A stretch of DNA of 64,000 bases from Gemmatimonadales bacterium (GTDB lineage: Bacteria > Gemmatimonadota > Gemmatimonadetes > Gemmatimonadales > GWC2-71-9), in assembly GCA_039794085.1 (NCBI GenBank), contig JBDIWC010000001.1:32001-96000 (forward strand). The letters are read 5' to 3'. Below, piece after piece: positions 9,714 to 20,303 of the stretch; position 1 is the stretch's first letter, and every line of letters starts with the position of its first letter. The translations under genes and the position numbers were made by a program. The notes beneath the pieces are model-generated. The model made no database searches. It was given only the letters and a program-made list of their open reading frames with translations, and was not told the DNA's origin.

Positions 9714-10322
9714 ATGCCTGGATATCGCGTGGCGGTCTGTGTGTCGGGGCGCGGGAGCAATCTCGCGGCCCTGATCGACGGGCTCCGGGGAACGGACGCC
9801 GGTGTGGTTCTGGCGCTGTCCAACCGGTCCGATGCCGCGGCCCTGGCGGTGGCGGAGGCCCACGCCATCCCGACCCACGTCTTCACCGACTCGGCCGATT
9901 CCGGAGAGTGGTTGCGGACGCTGGAAACCCGGCGGATCGACCTCGTGGCCCTGGCCGGCTATCTGAAGGTGGTGCCTCCGGACGTGACCGAGGCGTGGGC
10001 CGGCCGGATGATCAACATCCATCCCTCGCTCCTTCCCGCCCATGGTGGTGCTGGAATGTACGGGATGCGCGTGCACCGGGCCGTGCTTGCCGCCGGCGAT
10101 CCGGTGAGCGGGGCGACCGTCCACCTGGTGACCCGGGAGTACGACCAGGGTCCGGTCCTCGGGCAGGAGCGTGTCCCCGTCCTGCCCGACGACACTCCGG
10201 AGGCCCTCGCGGCCCGGGTGCTCGCCGTCGAACATCCCCTCCTGGTCGCCGCGGTCCGCGCGGCAGCCCGGGCCGGCCGTCCCGTTCCCTTCACGACGTC
10301 TCCCGTTCCCTCCTCCCCCTGA
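9714..10322 (+). CDS. purN: Phosphoribosylglycinamide formyltransferase
   Basis: [23 protein letters not shown] and [13 protein letters not shown]. Confidence 0.96.
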   Translation: MPGYRVAVCVSGRGSNLAALIDGLRGTDAGVVLALSNRSDAAALAVAEAHAIPTHVFTDSADSGEWLRTLETRRIDLVALAGYLKVVPPDVTEAWAGRMINIHPSLLPAHGGAGMYGMRVHRAVLAAGDPVSGATVHLVTREYDQGPVLGQERVPVLPDDTPEALAARVLAVEHPLLVAAVRAAARAGRPVPFTTSPVPSSP

Positions 10323-10335
10323 GTCCGGACCCGCC

Positions 10336-11865
10336 ATGCCTCGTGCGTTGATTTCCGTCAGTGACAAACGCGGGATCGTGGATTTTGCCCGGGGGCTGGT
10401 GGCTCTGGGGTGGGATCTGGTGTCCACCGGGGGGACGGCGGCCACGCTCCGGAAGGCCGGGCTTCCGGTCACGTCGGTGGACACCATCACCGGGTTTCCG
10501 GAAATCCTGGACGGCCGGGTCAAGACCCTGCACCCCGCCATCCACGCCGGCCTCCTGGCGTGCGTCGACAACCCGAATCATGTCCAGACCCTCGCCGATC
10601 ACGGACTGCTTCTGTTCGACCTCGTGGCCGTCAATCTCTATCCGTTCCAGGCCACCGTGGCCAACCCCTCCGTTACGTTCGAGAACGCCATCGAGAACAT
10701 CGATGTGGGCGGTCCAACGATGCTGCGCGCGGCGGCCAAGAACCACGCGCGCGTGGTGCCGGTGGTCAACCCGATTGACTATCCCCGCATCCTCGAGATG
10801 CTTCGGGAGGGGGGTATCCCGCCGGAGTGCCGCCGCGAGCTCGCCGCCAAGGTTTTCACTCATGTCGCCGACTACGACGCGGCGATCGCGCGGTACCTGA
10901 CCGTGCATGAGGACGGACTTCCGAGCCGGATCAACCTCTCCATCGAGCGGAAGCAGACCCTCCGGTACGGCGAAAACCCCACCCAGCGCGCGGCCCTCTA
11001 CGTGACCGAGGAGCCCCGGGGATTCGGGGACATGCGCCAGCTCCACGGCAAGGAGCTCTCGTTCAACAATCTGCTCGACATGGACGCCGCCGTGCAGGTA
11101 CTGACGGCCTGGCCCCACACGCCCGCCTGCGTCATCATCAAGCACACCACACCCTGCGGCGTGGCCACCGGCCGCACGGCCCTGGAGGCCCTCACCCGGG
11201 CCCGGGAGACCGACCCGGTCTCCTCATTCGGATCGGTGATCGGCCTCAACACCGCCGTGGACCGGCCGGTCGCCGAGGCCCTGGACGACCTTTTCGTGGA
11301 GGTCGTGGTGGCCCCCTCGGTCAGCGGAGAGGCGCGCGAGGTCTTCCGGCGAAAGAAGAACCTGCGGGTGGTTGAGGTGCCGGTGGCCACCGTGCCCGGG
11401 ACACTCGATTGGAAGCGGGTCCGGGGAGGGTTCCTCATCCAGGACCGGTTCGTCGTCGATCCGAGCGAAGAGGGGTGGAAGGTGGTGACGACCCGCATGC
11501 CAACCCCCGAAGAGTGGGAGGACCTCCGGTTCGCCTGGGCCGCCGTGGCGGGGGTGAAGTCCAACGCCATCCTGCTGGCGCGCCAGCAACGAGCCATCGG
11601 AATAGGGGCCGGTCAAATGAGCCGCGTCGATGCCACCTTCCTGGCGGTCCACAAGGCTCGGGAGGCCAAGCACCCTCTCGCCGGAGCCGTGCTGGCCTCC
11701 GACGCCTTCTTCCCCTTCCCGGACGGGGTCGAGGTCGCCGCGGAAGCCGGGATCGCGGCCTGCATCCAACCGGGGGGCTCCATTCGCGACGCCGACGTGA
11801 TCGCCGCGGCGGACCGCCTCGGGATGGCCATGGTGTGCACCGGCGTCCGCCAGTTCCGTCATTAG
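10336..11865 (+). CDS. purH: Bifunctional AICAR transformylase / IMP cyclohydrolase
   Basis: [36 protein letters not shown] and QPGGS; ends RQFRH. Confidence 0.97.
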   Translation: MPRALISVSDKRGIVDFARGLVALGWDLVSTGGTAATLRKAGLPVTSVDTITGFPEILDGRVKTLHPAIHAGLLACVDNPNHVQTLADHGLLLFDLVAVNLYPFQATVANPSVTFENAIENIDVGGPTMLRAAAKNHARVVPVVNPIDYPRILEMLREGGIPPECRRELAAKVFTHVADYDAAIARYLTVHEDGLPSRINLSIERKQTLRYGENPTQRAALYVTEEPRGFGDMRQLHGKELSFNNLLDMDAAVQVLTAWPHTPACVIIKHTTPCGVATGRTALEALTRARETDPVSSFGSVIGLNTAVDRPVAEALDDLFVEVVVAPSVSGEAREVFRRKKNLRVVEVPVATVPGTLDWKRVRGGFLIQDRFVVDPSEEGWKVVTTRMPTPEEWEDLRFAWAAVAGVKSNAILLARQQRAIGIGAGQMSRVDATFLAVHKAREAKHPLAGAVLASDAFFPFPDGVEVAAEAGIAACIQPGGSIRDADVIAAADRLGMAMVCTGVRQFRH

Positions 11866-11896
11866 ACCACGTGACGACATCTTTCGAAACGAGCCC

Positions 11897-14179
11897 ATGA
11901 CCACGCCTCTCGCAGACCAGGCCCCGGACCTCCGCGGCTCCCCCCCCTATGGATGGGCCGCCGCCGTCAGCGTCGCCATTCTGGCGCTCTACGTCGTGAC
12001 CCTCGGGCCGACCACCGCCTTCTGGGACACGCCGGAGTACATCGCGGCCGCCAAGGTCCTGGGCATCCCCCACCCCCCGGGGAACCCTCTCTTCGTCGTT
12101 CTGGCACACGTGTTCGGGCTGCTTCCCCTCGCGGCGTCCTATGCCGAGCGGATCAACCTTTTCGCTGCCGTCACCAGCAGCCTGGCCGCAGGGCTCTGGT
12201 TTCTGGTCGCCGAGCGGTGGCTGAGGAGCATCGTGCCGTGGCGGGGAGCCCGGCTGGCGGCGTCCTTCGCGGGCATTCTCGTCGGGGCCACCGCCTGGAC
12301 GGTCTGGAACCAGTCGACGGTGAACGAGAAGGTCTACACCGTGTCCCTCCTCTCCATCGCGCTGGTGATGTGGTTGGCGGTCCACTGGGCCGATGACCGG
12401 TCCGGGAGCCATCGGGACCGGTGGCTCGTCATGATTGGATACGTGATCACGCTGTCGTCCACCAATCACATGATGGGAGTTCTGGTGGCCCCCGCCGTGG
12501 CCCTCTACGTCCTCTGGACCGATTGGCGCGAGGCGTTCCGACCCTGGGTTCTCCTCCTGGGCTGGACGACCCTGGTGGCGGTGACCGGCGTCTGGACCGG
12601 GGCGGTATCGGGCGACACCGTCGGCATCGCGGCGGTGGTGGTGTCCCTCGGCCTCCTCGTCTGGGCGGTGTCGAAGGATCCCCGGAGCTGGATGCCATGG
12701 CTCGTCGTCCTGGCGGTGGTGGTGGGCGTCTCCCTCAACTACATCTTCCTCCCCCTGCGCGCCGGCCAGTTCCCGGCGATCAATGAGGGGGAACCCACCA
12801 CCTGGAACGCCCTGCTCGACGTGCTCAACCGCGCCCAGTACGGCAAACCCTCGGTCATGCTGCGGCAGGCCGACCTCGTGGGCCAATTCGCCAACTACTG
12901 GCAATACTGGACCTGGCAATTCGCGCGCGACTGGCCGGCACTCTCCCGCCTCGCCACCGCGGTCTTCACGCTGCTCGGCGTGGGCGGTCTCCTGGCCCTG
13001 ATCAAGAGGGACCGGCGGGCGGGGTTTGCGGCTCTCGTCCTGTTCGGGACGTTGTCCGTCCTGCTCGTGTTTTACCTGAACTTCAAATACGGGTTCTCGA
13101 TGTTTCCCGACCGGCCCTCGCTCCCCCGCGAGGTCCGCGAGCGCGACTACTTCTTCGTGGCCTCGTTCGCCTTCTTCGGGACCCTGCTGGCCTTGGGCTT
13201 CGGCGCGGTCATCCGATGGCTCGCCGAGGCGATCGGCGATGGGTTGGGGAAGACGGCCGCACAGGCGTGGCCCCTCGCGACACCGGTGCTTCTCCTGGCC
13301 TTCATCCCGCTGGCCGGCAACCGGCTCACCGCGAGCCGGGCGCACGAAACGACCCCGCGTGACTTTGCCGTCGACCTGCTGGAGTCGGTGGAGCCCTACG
13401 GTATTCTCATCACCGCAGGCGACAACGACACCTTCCCGCTCTGGTTTGCCCAGGAGGTGCTCGGCGTGCGGCGGGACGTGACGCTGGCCAACCTCTCGCT
13501 CATGAACACCGAGTGGCATCTGAAACAGATCAGCCGCCGGCAGACGCCCCCGTTCGACAGTGCCTCCGCCGCCGGCATCTGGCAGGAGATGGCCGATCAG
13601 ATCGGTCCCCCTCCGCCCCGGCCGGCGCTCGACCTGCCGGAGGACGAGATCGACAGCCTCCCGGAGGTGATGCGGGCACCGGACGGAACCAACGGGTTGC
13701 GCTTCGGCGACATCACCCTGCGATTCGCGAGCGACATTCTCATGCGAGCCGATCTCGCCACGATCTTCCTGATCCGCGACAACCTCTCCACCCGGCCGAT
13801 CTTCTTTGCCTGGAGTGCAGCGGGCTACCCCGATGAAACCCTGGGGCTCACGCCGTACCTGGTGACCCACGGGCTGGTCCGGAAGCTGAATCCCACGCCC
13901 ATCGTGGGCGACAGCACCGTGGTGATGAGCCCCGGCCTCGGATGGGTGGATGTGGAACGGAGCCGGAAGCTCCTCTTCGAGACCTATCACTGGGAAAGCG
14001 CCGCGCGGGACCGACCCCGCGGCTGGGTGGACCAGCCCTCCCGGTCGATCCTCTCCCTCTACTCCGTGGTCTATGGGGGCCTGGCCGACACCTTCGCCAT
14101 GCTGGGCGACAGCACCGCCTCGGCCCGTGCCGATTCGATCGGATCCGCAGTCCAGCGCGGTCTCGCACCGCGCCGCTGA
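11897..14179 (+). CDS. DUF2723 family polytopic membrane protein (probable GT-C glycosyltransferase)
   Basis: FWDTPEYIAAA..LGIPHPPGNP, EVRERDYFF and GDNDTFPLWFAQEV; many TM helices. Confidence 0.85.
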   Translation: MTTPLADQAPDLRGSPPYGWAAAVSVAILALYVVTLGPTTAFWDTPEYIAAAKVLGIPHPPGNPLFVVLAHVFGLLPLAASYAERINLFAAVTSSLAAGLWFLVAERWLRSIVPWRGARLAASFAGILVGATAWTVWNQSTVNEKVYTVSLLSIALVMWLAVHWADDRSGSHRDRWLVMIGYVITLSSTNHMMGVLVAPAVALYVLWTDWREAFRPWVLLLGWTTLVAVTGVWTGAVSGDTVGIAAVVVSLGLLVWAVSKDPRSWMPWLVVLAVVVGVSLNYIFLPLRAGQFPAINEGEPTTWNALLDVLNRAQYGKPSVMLRQADLVGQFANYWQYWTWQFARDWPALSRLATAVFTLLGVGGLLALIKRDRRAGFAALVLFGTLSVLLVFYLNFKYGFSMFPDRPSLPREVRERDYFFVASFAFFGTLLALGFGAVIRWLAEAIGDGLGKTAAQAWPLATPVLLLAFIPLAGNRLTASRAHETTPRDFAVDLLESVEPYGILITAGDNDTFPLWFAQEVLGVRRDVTLANLSLMNTEWHLKQISRRQTPPFDSASAAGIWQEMADQIGPPPPRPALDLPEDEIDSLPEVMRAPDGTNGLRFGDITLRFASDILMRADLATIFLIRDNLSTRPIFFAWSAAGYPDETLGLTPYLVTHGLVRKLNPTPIVGDSTVVMSPGLGWVDVERSRKLLFETYHWESAARDRPRGWVDQPSRSILSLYSVVYGGLADTFAMLGDSTASARADSIGSAVQRGLAPRR

Positions 14180-14297
14180 GGCGCTCCGTCCGAACCTTCA
14201 GTTACTCCCCCCTTCGTCCGATAATCCCTGAACCGGAGGCCTTCGCCTCCGGTTGCCCGCTGTGCACGTCCACCCCGAGGATCATCGACAGGGTCCC

Positions 14298-14621
14298 ATG
14301 CAACACCTCCCCCTCGTCCTCGCTCAACCCGACATGGTCCTTGCCCGGCCGGTGCCGAATCCCAGCCAGCCGGATGGATTTCCCCTCTGCGGGGCGGGCA
14401 CCGTCCTCACGCCGGGACTGATCGGCCAGCTCAGTTCGAGGGGGGTGGGCATGGTGTCGGTCGAAGGGCACCCGGTGACCCTGCCGGGGGAACCCACCAT
14501 CGAGGATCTGCTGGAGGCCCTCGATCGCCGATTTGCCCGTTCGGCTCAGGATCCCCGAATGGCCATGCTTCGGCGGTTGTTCCGACAGCGGCTGAGCCGG
14601 GCGCATGAGGCGATCCCATGA
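14298..14621 (+). CDS. Small hypothetical protein associated with the HDOD gene
   Basis: MQHLPLVLAQPDMVLARPV...LCGAGTVLT resembles the GMVLA N-terminal segment of HD-GYP-type proteins; overlaps the next start codon. Confidence 0.7.
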   Translation: MQHLPLVLAQPDMVLARPVPNPSQPDGFPLCGAGTVLTPGLIGQLSSRGVGMVSVEGHPVTLPGEPTIEDLLEALDRRFARSAQDPRMAMLRRLFRQRLSRAHEAIP

Positions 14622-15478
14622 CTGCTTCCACCCCCGAGGTCGGCGGGATATTCCGCACAGCCGAAACACTCCCCACCCTTCCCGGTGTCGTCCGGCGGCT
14701 CACGTTGATGGCGGACACCGGAACGGCCACGACCGAGGAAATGGCCCGGGTCGTGAACACCGACCAGGTGCTGGCCGGCAAGGTTCTCAAGCTTGTCAAC
14801 TCGGCCCTCTTCGGCTTTTCGGGACGCATTGCCACTGTTTCGGGAGCCATCATCCTGCTTGGCGTCAACGTGGTCAAGAGCCTCGCCGTCAGCAGTGCCG
14901 TGTTCGAGATCATGGAGAAGCATGTGCTCGGTCTCTGGACCCACTCCATGGGCGTGGCCGCGGCCGCCAATGTGCTGGCCACACGGCTGCGCCTCCCCGA
15001 TGTGGAGGAGATTGCCACCGCCGGCCTGCTCCACGACATCGGCAAGGTGGTGGTCAAGCTCACCTATCCCAAGGAAACCGAACGGCTGGATGGTCTCGCG
15101 GAGTCGGGGGGAATCACCATGGTCGAGGCGGAGCGCCAGCATCTGGGTGTGGACCACGCCGAAATCGGAGGACGGGTGGCGAAACATTGGCGGCTACCCG
15201 ACCGTCTGGTCGAGCCCATCGCCTTTCACCATGATGTGGCCCATTCCGTCGCCCACCGGCAGCGCACGGCCGTGATCCATGTGGCGGACATCCTGATTCG
15301 CGGCTCGGCGTTCGACGGCACCGTCCGGACGACGGTGCCCACCCTCGATCCTGCGGCCTGGGAATCCTTGGATCTGAACGAGGCTCTCCTGGAGACCGTG
15401 ATCGAGGAAATGGAAGAGCGGTTGGTGGATGTGACGAGCTTCTCCCTTGACATGCAGTCGGGACATGGCCGGTCGTAG
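14618..15478 (+). CDS. HDOD domain signal transduction protein
   Basis: LPTLP, DQVLAGKVLKLVNSA, LWTHS, AGLLHDIGK, DHAEIG..W.LP and IAFHH. Confidence 0.92.
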   Translation: MTASTPEVGGIFRTAETLPTLPGVVRRLTLMADTGTATTEEMARVVNTDQVLAGKVLKLVNSALFGFSGRIATVSGAIILLGVNVVKSLAVSSAVFEIMEKHVLGLWTHSMGVAAAANVLATRLRLPDVEEIATAGLLHDIGKVVVKLTYPKETERLDGLAESGGITMVEAERQHLGVDHAEIGGRVAKHWRLPDRLVEPIAFHHDVAHSVAHRQRTAVIHVADILIRGSAFDGTVRTTVPTLDPAAWESLDLNEALLETVIEEMEERLVDVTSFSLDMQSGHGRS

Positions 15479-16442
15479 AATCGCCCTCCTGTGCCGGGAC
15501 GCGGAGCTGGCCGAGCACCTGGCCATCCGGCTCCAGAGCCGGGGAGACCACGTCATTCGGCTTACCGAAGGCTCCCAGATGCTCGGCATCATGTTTGCCG
15601 ATCCCCCGAGCCTCATGCTGATGGACCTGTCTCGTCCCGATACCGGCAGCGACACCCTGCTCCGCGACCTCCGGGATGACAGCTATTTCAGCGCCATCCC
15701 GATCATCGGGCTGGTCGAGGGGACGGCCCTGGAGGCCACGCAGTGGGGCTCCATGCCGATCGACGACTTTGTCACCCTGCCGATCCACTACCCGGAACTG
15801 TTCAGCCGACTCGACCTGGCCGGGACACGCATTGCCCGGGTGTTCGACAACAACCCGCTGACCCGCCTCCCCGGGAATACGTCCATCCAGCGAGCCATCG
15901 AGCAGTCCCTGGGCACGGATGTCGCGATTGCCTACCTCGACATCGACCGGTTCAAGCCCTTCAACGACCACTACGGATTCGACCGGGGTGACGAAATCCT
16001 CCGCATGCTGGCGCGGATCCTCTCCAACGCGGTGAAGGAGGGATCACCCGGCGGATTCGTCGGTCACATCGGAGGGGATGACTTCGTCTTCATCGTCCCT
16101 CTCGATCGGATGGAAGCCACCTGTGAAACAATCATCGCCCGGTTCACCCTGGTCGTGACCGACTGTTTCCCCGCCGAGGACAGGGCACGAGGCCATTACG
16201 TGGCCAGGGACCGCCAGCGGCGCACCCGGCCCATTCCCTTCCCCTCGCTGTCCATCGGTGTGGTCCAGGCCAACCATCCTTCCGCATGCCATGCGGCGGA
16301 GCTCATCGGGATCGCCACGGCGATGAAGAACATCGCCAAGCGCTCGGCGGGAAGCAGTCACGTCGTGGACCGCCGCACCACCCTCGGGGCCGCCGTCCCT
16401 GAGCCACTCGCCCCGGCTCTGGCACCCGGAGCCCGGCGGTGA
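15465..16442 (+). CDS. Receiver-like domain plus GGDEF diguanylate cyclase
   Basis: NPLTRLPGN, DIDRFKPFNDHYGFDRGD and GHIGGDDF; degenerate REC domain at the N-terminus. Confidence 0.9.
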   Translation: MAGRRIALLCRDAELAEHLAIRLQSRGDHVIRLTEGSQMLGIMFADPPSLMLMDLSRPDTGSDTLLRDLRDDSYFSAIPIIGLVEGTALEATQWGSMPIDDFVTLPIHYPELFSRLDLAGTRIARVFDNNPLTRLPGNTSIQRAIEQSLGTDVAIAYLDIDRFKPFNDHYGFDRGDEILRMLARILSNAVKEGSPGGFVGHIGGDDFVFIVPLDRMEATCETIIARFTLVVTDCFPAEDRARGHYVARDRQRRTRPIPFPSLSIGVVQANHPSACHAAELIGIATAMKNIAKRSAGSSHVVDRRTTLGAAVPEPLAPALAPGARR

Positions 16443-16489
16443 TATGCTCCCCAAGAGTACTCAGTCCCCCTCTCAGCCCCGGAGGCTCC

Positions 16490-16900
16490 ATGCTGACCCT
16501 CGGATTCGAACTCGAACTTCCCACCGACCAGAGTGACGCGATCACCCAGGTGACCTCGGCGCTCCAGGCCGAGGGATTCGGGGTCGTGTCGCGCATCGAC
16601 ATGCACACGACATTTCGAGAGAAGCTGAACGTCGACTTTCGCCCCTACACCATCCTGGGCGTGTGCCAACCCTCCCTCGCCCATCGCGCCCTCCAGCACG
16701 AACCCGGCATCGGATTGATGCTCCCCTGCAATGTCACCGTCGAGGCCGCTCCATCCGGTGGCACCCGCGTCCGGATCGCGAATCCCGACGGCGTCATGAC
16801 CGTGGGCGACTACCATGTGGACCCGGAACTCCGCGCCATCGCCGCGGAGGCCCGTACCCGCCTCGAACGGGTCATGGACTCGCTCGACGGCACAACCTGA
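16490..16900 (+). CDS. DUF302 domain protein
   Basis: EGFGVVSRID, YTILGVCQP and IGLMLPCNVTV; GGAGG RBS upstream. Confidence 0.9.
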   Translation: MLTLGFELELPTDQSDAITQVTSALQAEGFGVVSRIDMHTTFREKLNVDFRPYTILGVCQPSLAHRALQHEPGIGLMLPCNVTVEAAPSGGTRVRIANPDGVMTVGDYHVDPELRAIAAEARTRLERVMDSLDGTT

Positions 16901-17006
16901 GCCCCTTCCCCCATCACCATCACCCGCGCCGTTCCCATTGGGGCGGCGCGGTGCTCATGGGCTCCTTCCGGGCATCCCGGATCTGTGATCCCGTTAGCTT
17001 TCCCCC

Positions 17007-17918
17007 ATGTCGCCCCGCACCCCGCGCATGAGCCCACCGCCACTTCCCCCAGCCCTGCTCCCCATCGGAATCGTCGGGATCGGCCGCGCCGGCGCCCTCT
17101 TCGCCCGGGCCCTGGCACACGCCGGCATGCCCGTTCACGTCTGGACCCGGCACCCCGAGCACCTCCCGGCCGACCTGGCCGAGCGGAGTGAGCGGGACCT
17201 GGGAGCGCTTGCACGCCGGAGCCGCACCGTGATCATCGCCGTGACCGACCGGGCCATCGTCGAGGTGACCACCGCCGCGGGGGCCCTCGTGGAGGACACC
17301 ACGCGCCGGGCCTGGGTACACCTGAGCGGGGCCCTCGGTGCCGGAATCCTGGCCCCCGTCGTGCCCACCGGCGATATTGTCGCGGCGATGCACCCCCTGC
17401 AGACCATCGCCCCCGATGCCGACCCCCGCCTCTTCCAAGGGGCCCTCGCGGCCATCGATGCACCCGATGACACGGGCCTGGCCCTCGCCTCCACACTCGC
17501 GCTCCACCTCGGAATGCACCCGGTCCCCGTGCCCGCGGCCGCCCGCCCCGGCTATCATGCGGCGGGGGCCCTGGCCTCCGGAGGACTCACGACGGTGCTG
17601 GTCACTGCACGTGAGGTTCTCCAGGAAGCCGGACTTCCCCGTGGGGAGATCCGCGAAGGATTGCGCGCCATCGCCACCACCGCCCTCGAGGCGGCGCTCG
17701 CGGACGATCCTGACCAGGGGTGGACCGGACCGGTGGTCCGGGGTGATGCCTCCACCCTGCGAGCCCAGCTCGAGGCCCTCGACCGCTTCCCCCCGGACGT
17801 CGGGGACCTGTTCCGGGCCCTGATGCGCACCCTGCTCGCCCGGCTCGATCGGCATCCCACCCTCCCGGCCACTCCTCGCGATGCGGTCAGGGCGATGCTG
17901 ACAGAGTCCCGCCGATGA
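17007..17918 (+). CDS. Rossmann-like/DUF2520 oxidoreductase (PanG-type ketopantoate reductase candidate)
   Basis: GIVGIGRAG, VHLSGA, MHPLQT, YHAAG and TGPVVRGD; first gene of the panC-panB operon. Confidence 0.85.
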   Translation: MSPRTPRMSPPPLPPALLPIGIVGIGRAGALFARALAHAGMPVHVWTRHPEHLPADLAERSERDLGALARRSRTVIIAVTDRAIVEVTTAAGALVEDTTRRAWVHLSGALGAGILAPVVPTGDIVAAMHPLQTIAPDADPRLFQGALAAIDAPDDTGLALASTLALHLGMHPVPVPAAARPGYHAAGALASGGLTTVLVTAREVLQEAGLPRGEIREGLRAIATTALEAALADDPDQGWTGPVVRGDASTLRAQLEALDRFPPDVGDLFRALMRTLLARLDRHPTLPATPRDAVRAMLTESRR

Positions 17919-18757
17919 TCCGCGTCACCGCCCTCACCGACCTCACCCGGACCCTGACGGAGATGCGCTCGCGCGGCCTCCCGATCGGCCTGGTCCCGAC
18001 CATGGGAGCCCTGCACGCCGGCCACGCCGCCCTGATCGAGGCGGCGCGGGACGCGGGCGACACCCCCGTGGTCAGCGTGTTTGTGAACCCCACCCAGTTC
18101 GGCCCGGGAGAGGATTTTGAGCGCTACCCCCGAACCCCGGAGGAGGACGCCGCCCTCGCTCGGGACGCCGGAGCCCAGGTGGTCTGGTCGCCCCCGGCCG
18201 AGTCGATCTACCCTTCGGGAGAAGCCACGCGGGTGCAGGTGGGCCCCCTCGCGGAGATCCTGGAGGGCGCCTGTCGCCCGGGGCACTTCGACGGGGTCGC
18301 CACTGTGGTGGTAAAGCTGCTGATTGCTACGAGACCGGACCGCCTCTACCTGGGCGAGAAGGATTATCAGCAGACGGTGGTGCTCCGCCAGGTGGTGCGC
18401 GACCTCCTCCTTCCCGTGTCCCTCGTGGTGGTTCCCACGGTGAGGGATCCCGATGGCCTCGCACTCAGCAGCCGCAACCGATTCCTCTCTCCCTCCGATC
18501 GCGCTGATGCCCTCCGGATTCCGGAGGCCCTGGCACGGGCGGACGAGCTGGTGAAGGAGGGCGAACGGTGCCCGCAGGTCATCGAGCGGGTGATGCAGAC
18601 CGTCCTGGAGGGCGGCGCATCACTTCGGACCGAGTACGTCGTGGTGCGGGACGAATCGCTCGAGCCGGTGGACACCGTCACCGGACCGGTGCGCGCTCTG
18701 ATCGCCGCGCGGGTCGGGAGCACCCGTCTCATCGACAACCTTTTGCTGGTTCCATGA
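17915..18757 (+). CDS. panC: Pantoate--beta-alanine ligase
   Basis: VPTMGALHAGH, SVFVNPTQF, RPGHFDGV, GEKDYQQ, GLALSSRN and RLIDN. Confidence 0.97.
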   Translation: MIRVTALTDLTRTLTEMRSRGLPIGLVPTMGALHAGHAALIEAARDAGDTPVVSVFVNPTQFGPGEDFERYPRTPEEDAALARDAGAQVVWSPPAESIYPSGEATRVQVGPLAEILEGACRPGHFDGVATVVVKLLIATRPDRLYLGEKDYQQTVVLRQVVRDLLLPVSLVVVPTVRDPDGLALSSRNRFLSPSDRADALRIPEALARADELVKEGERCPQVIERVMQTVLEGGASLRTEYVVVRDESLEPVDTVTGPVRALIAARVGSTRLIDNLLLVP

Positions 18758-19620
18758 GGGCACCCCTGACCGCCGAGACACTCCGCCAGGCGGCGGGGGG
18801 AGGGGGTCCTCCCCTCGTGATGGTGACCGCCTACGACGTCATGAGTGCGCGCCTCGCCGAGGCCGCGGGCGTGGACCTGATTCTGGTGGGGGACTCGGCG
18901 GGGATGGTCATGCTGGGATACGAGAACACCAGCGCCGTCACCATGGAGGAGATGCTCCTCTTCTGCCGGGCCGTGGCCCGCGGCGCCACGAACACCATGC
19001 TCATCGGGGATCTCCCCGCCCACAGCTACGAATCGGGAGACACCCTGGCGGTGGCCAACGCGGAGCGACTGGTGCGCGAGTCGGGGATGCACGCCGTCAA
19101 GCTGGAGGGCGCCGGGCCGATGATTCCCCGAGTCCGCGCGGTCACCGCCGCCGGCATTCCGGTCATGGGACACCTGGGGCTCCTGCCGCAGTCGGTGCAC
19201 ACGCCGGGGGGATATCGGGCGCAGGCCCGCACCGCCTCCGAGGCCCAGGCCCTTCTCGACGATGCGCAGGCGCTGGAGGAGGCGGGGGCCGTGGCCGTCG
19301 TGCTGGAGGCGATCCCTCCCGAGGTGGCGGCGGCCGTCACCGAGCTCCTCACCGTCCCCACGATCGGCATCGGGGCCGGGTCCCGGACCGATGGGCAGGT
19401 ACTGGTCTGGCACGATCTCCTGGGGATCACCCCTCCCCCGCATCCCCGCTTCGTCCGGCAGTATGCCGACCTCGCCTCCGAGATCACCGACGCCCTCTCC
19501 CGCTACGCCACCGACGTCCGGACCCGCGCCTTTCCCACCGCGGAGCACGAGTATGGAATGGCGGCAGCGGAGAAGGATACTTTTGAGCGGATGGTCCGAG
19601 GGCGGGGGCAGCCCGACTGA
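18754..19620 (+). CDS. panB: 3-methyl-2-oxobutanoate hydroxymethyltransferase
   Basis: MVTAYD, ILVGDS, VKLEG, GHLGLLPQS and IGIGAG..DGQVLV. Confidence 0.97.
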   Translation: MRAPLTAETLRQAAGGGGPPLVMVTAYDVMSARLAEAAGVDLILVGDSAGMVMLGYENTSAVTMEEMLLFCRAVARGATNTMLIGDLPAHSYESGDTLAVANAERLVRESGMHAVKLEGAGPMIPRVRAVTAAGIPVMGHLGLLPQSVHTPGGYRAQARTASEAQALLDDAQALEEAGAVAVVLEAIPPEVAAAVTELLTVPTIGIGAGSRTDGQVLVWHDLLGITPPPHPRFVRQYADLASEITDALSRYATDVRTRAFPTAEHEYGMAAAEKDTFERMVRGRGQPD

Positions 19621-19683
19621 GTAACGGGGTTGGCTGGTGGTGTTTTCTCGTTAGATCTTGGTCAACGGGACGGGCGGCACGAG

Positions 19684-19989
19684 CTATGTGAGTTCTTCCG
19701 GTATCTCGAACATCCGCTCCGCGCGGAAGACGGTGAGGATTCGCACCTCATCCTGCCCGGCGATGTATTGGTAGACTACCCGGTAGCTGCGCCATATCAC
19801 CTCGCGGATGTCGCCCCGATCGAGTTCAGGAACCATCCGGCCCATCTCCGGAAACTGGCGGAGGCGTCCGGTCGCCGCGATCAACGCCCGTACTGTCAGC
19901 CAGGCATAGTGCTCAGAATCTTGAGCGATGTAGGCGAAGATCGCCCCGAGATCGTCCCCCGCCTGAGGCGTCCAGCGGACGCGGGTCAC
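19684..19989 (-). CDS. Type II toxin, RelE/ParE family
   Basis: VRWTPQAGDDL..IFAYIAQDS, L..FPEMGRMVPE, IREVI..YRVVY and VRILTVF. Confidence 0.9.
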   Translation of the reverse strand: MTRVRWTPQAGDDLGAIFAYIAQDSEHYAWLTVRALIAATGRLRQFPEMGRMVPELDRGDIREVIWRSYRVVYQYIAGQDEVRILTVFRAERMFEIPEELT

Positions 19990-20171
19990 GGGGTGAAGCG
20001 TTTGACGATATCATCATGGGGAATGAGCTTACCCGCCTCGGCCTGGGCAATGCCCCGCTCAACCTTGGCCACAAAGACAAGGCGTTCGATCGCATCCTCC
20101 ATGGTCGCGTTGGCCGGAAGGCCGTCTACAGCGTCGAGGATTCGCTGCTTGAGGGGAGCAGTGCCGGTCAT
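19986..20171 (-). CDS. Putative antitoxin of the RelE/ParE toxin
   Basis: 61 aa MTGTAPLKQRILDAVDGLP...KVERGIAQAEAGKLIPHDD; 4-nt overlap with the toxin start. Confidence 0.82.
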   Translation of the reverse strand: MTGTAPLKQRILDAVDGLPANATMEDAIERLVFVAKVERGIAQAEAGKLIPHDDIVKRFTP

Positions 20172-20303
20172 AGTCGCCTCACAGGCAAAAGTACGTTGCT
20201 TCAAATAAGCCAGGTTGGGGGTGGTCGGCAACTCGACTGGAATGACCCACGTGGAGTAGAGTAGCGGTATCGGTTCGGAGGGCATGGCGGAACACGCTGG
20301 CGG

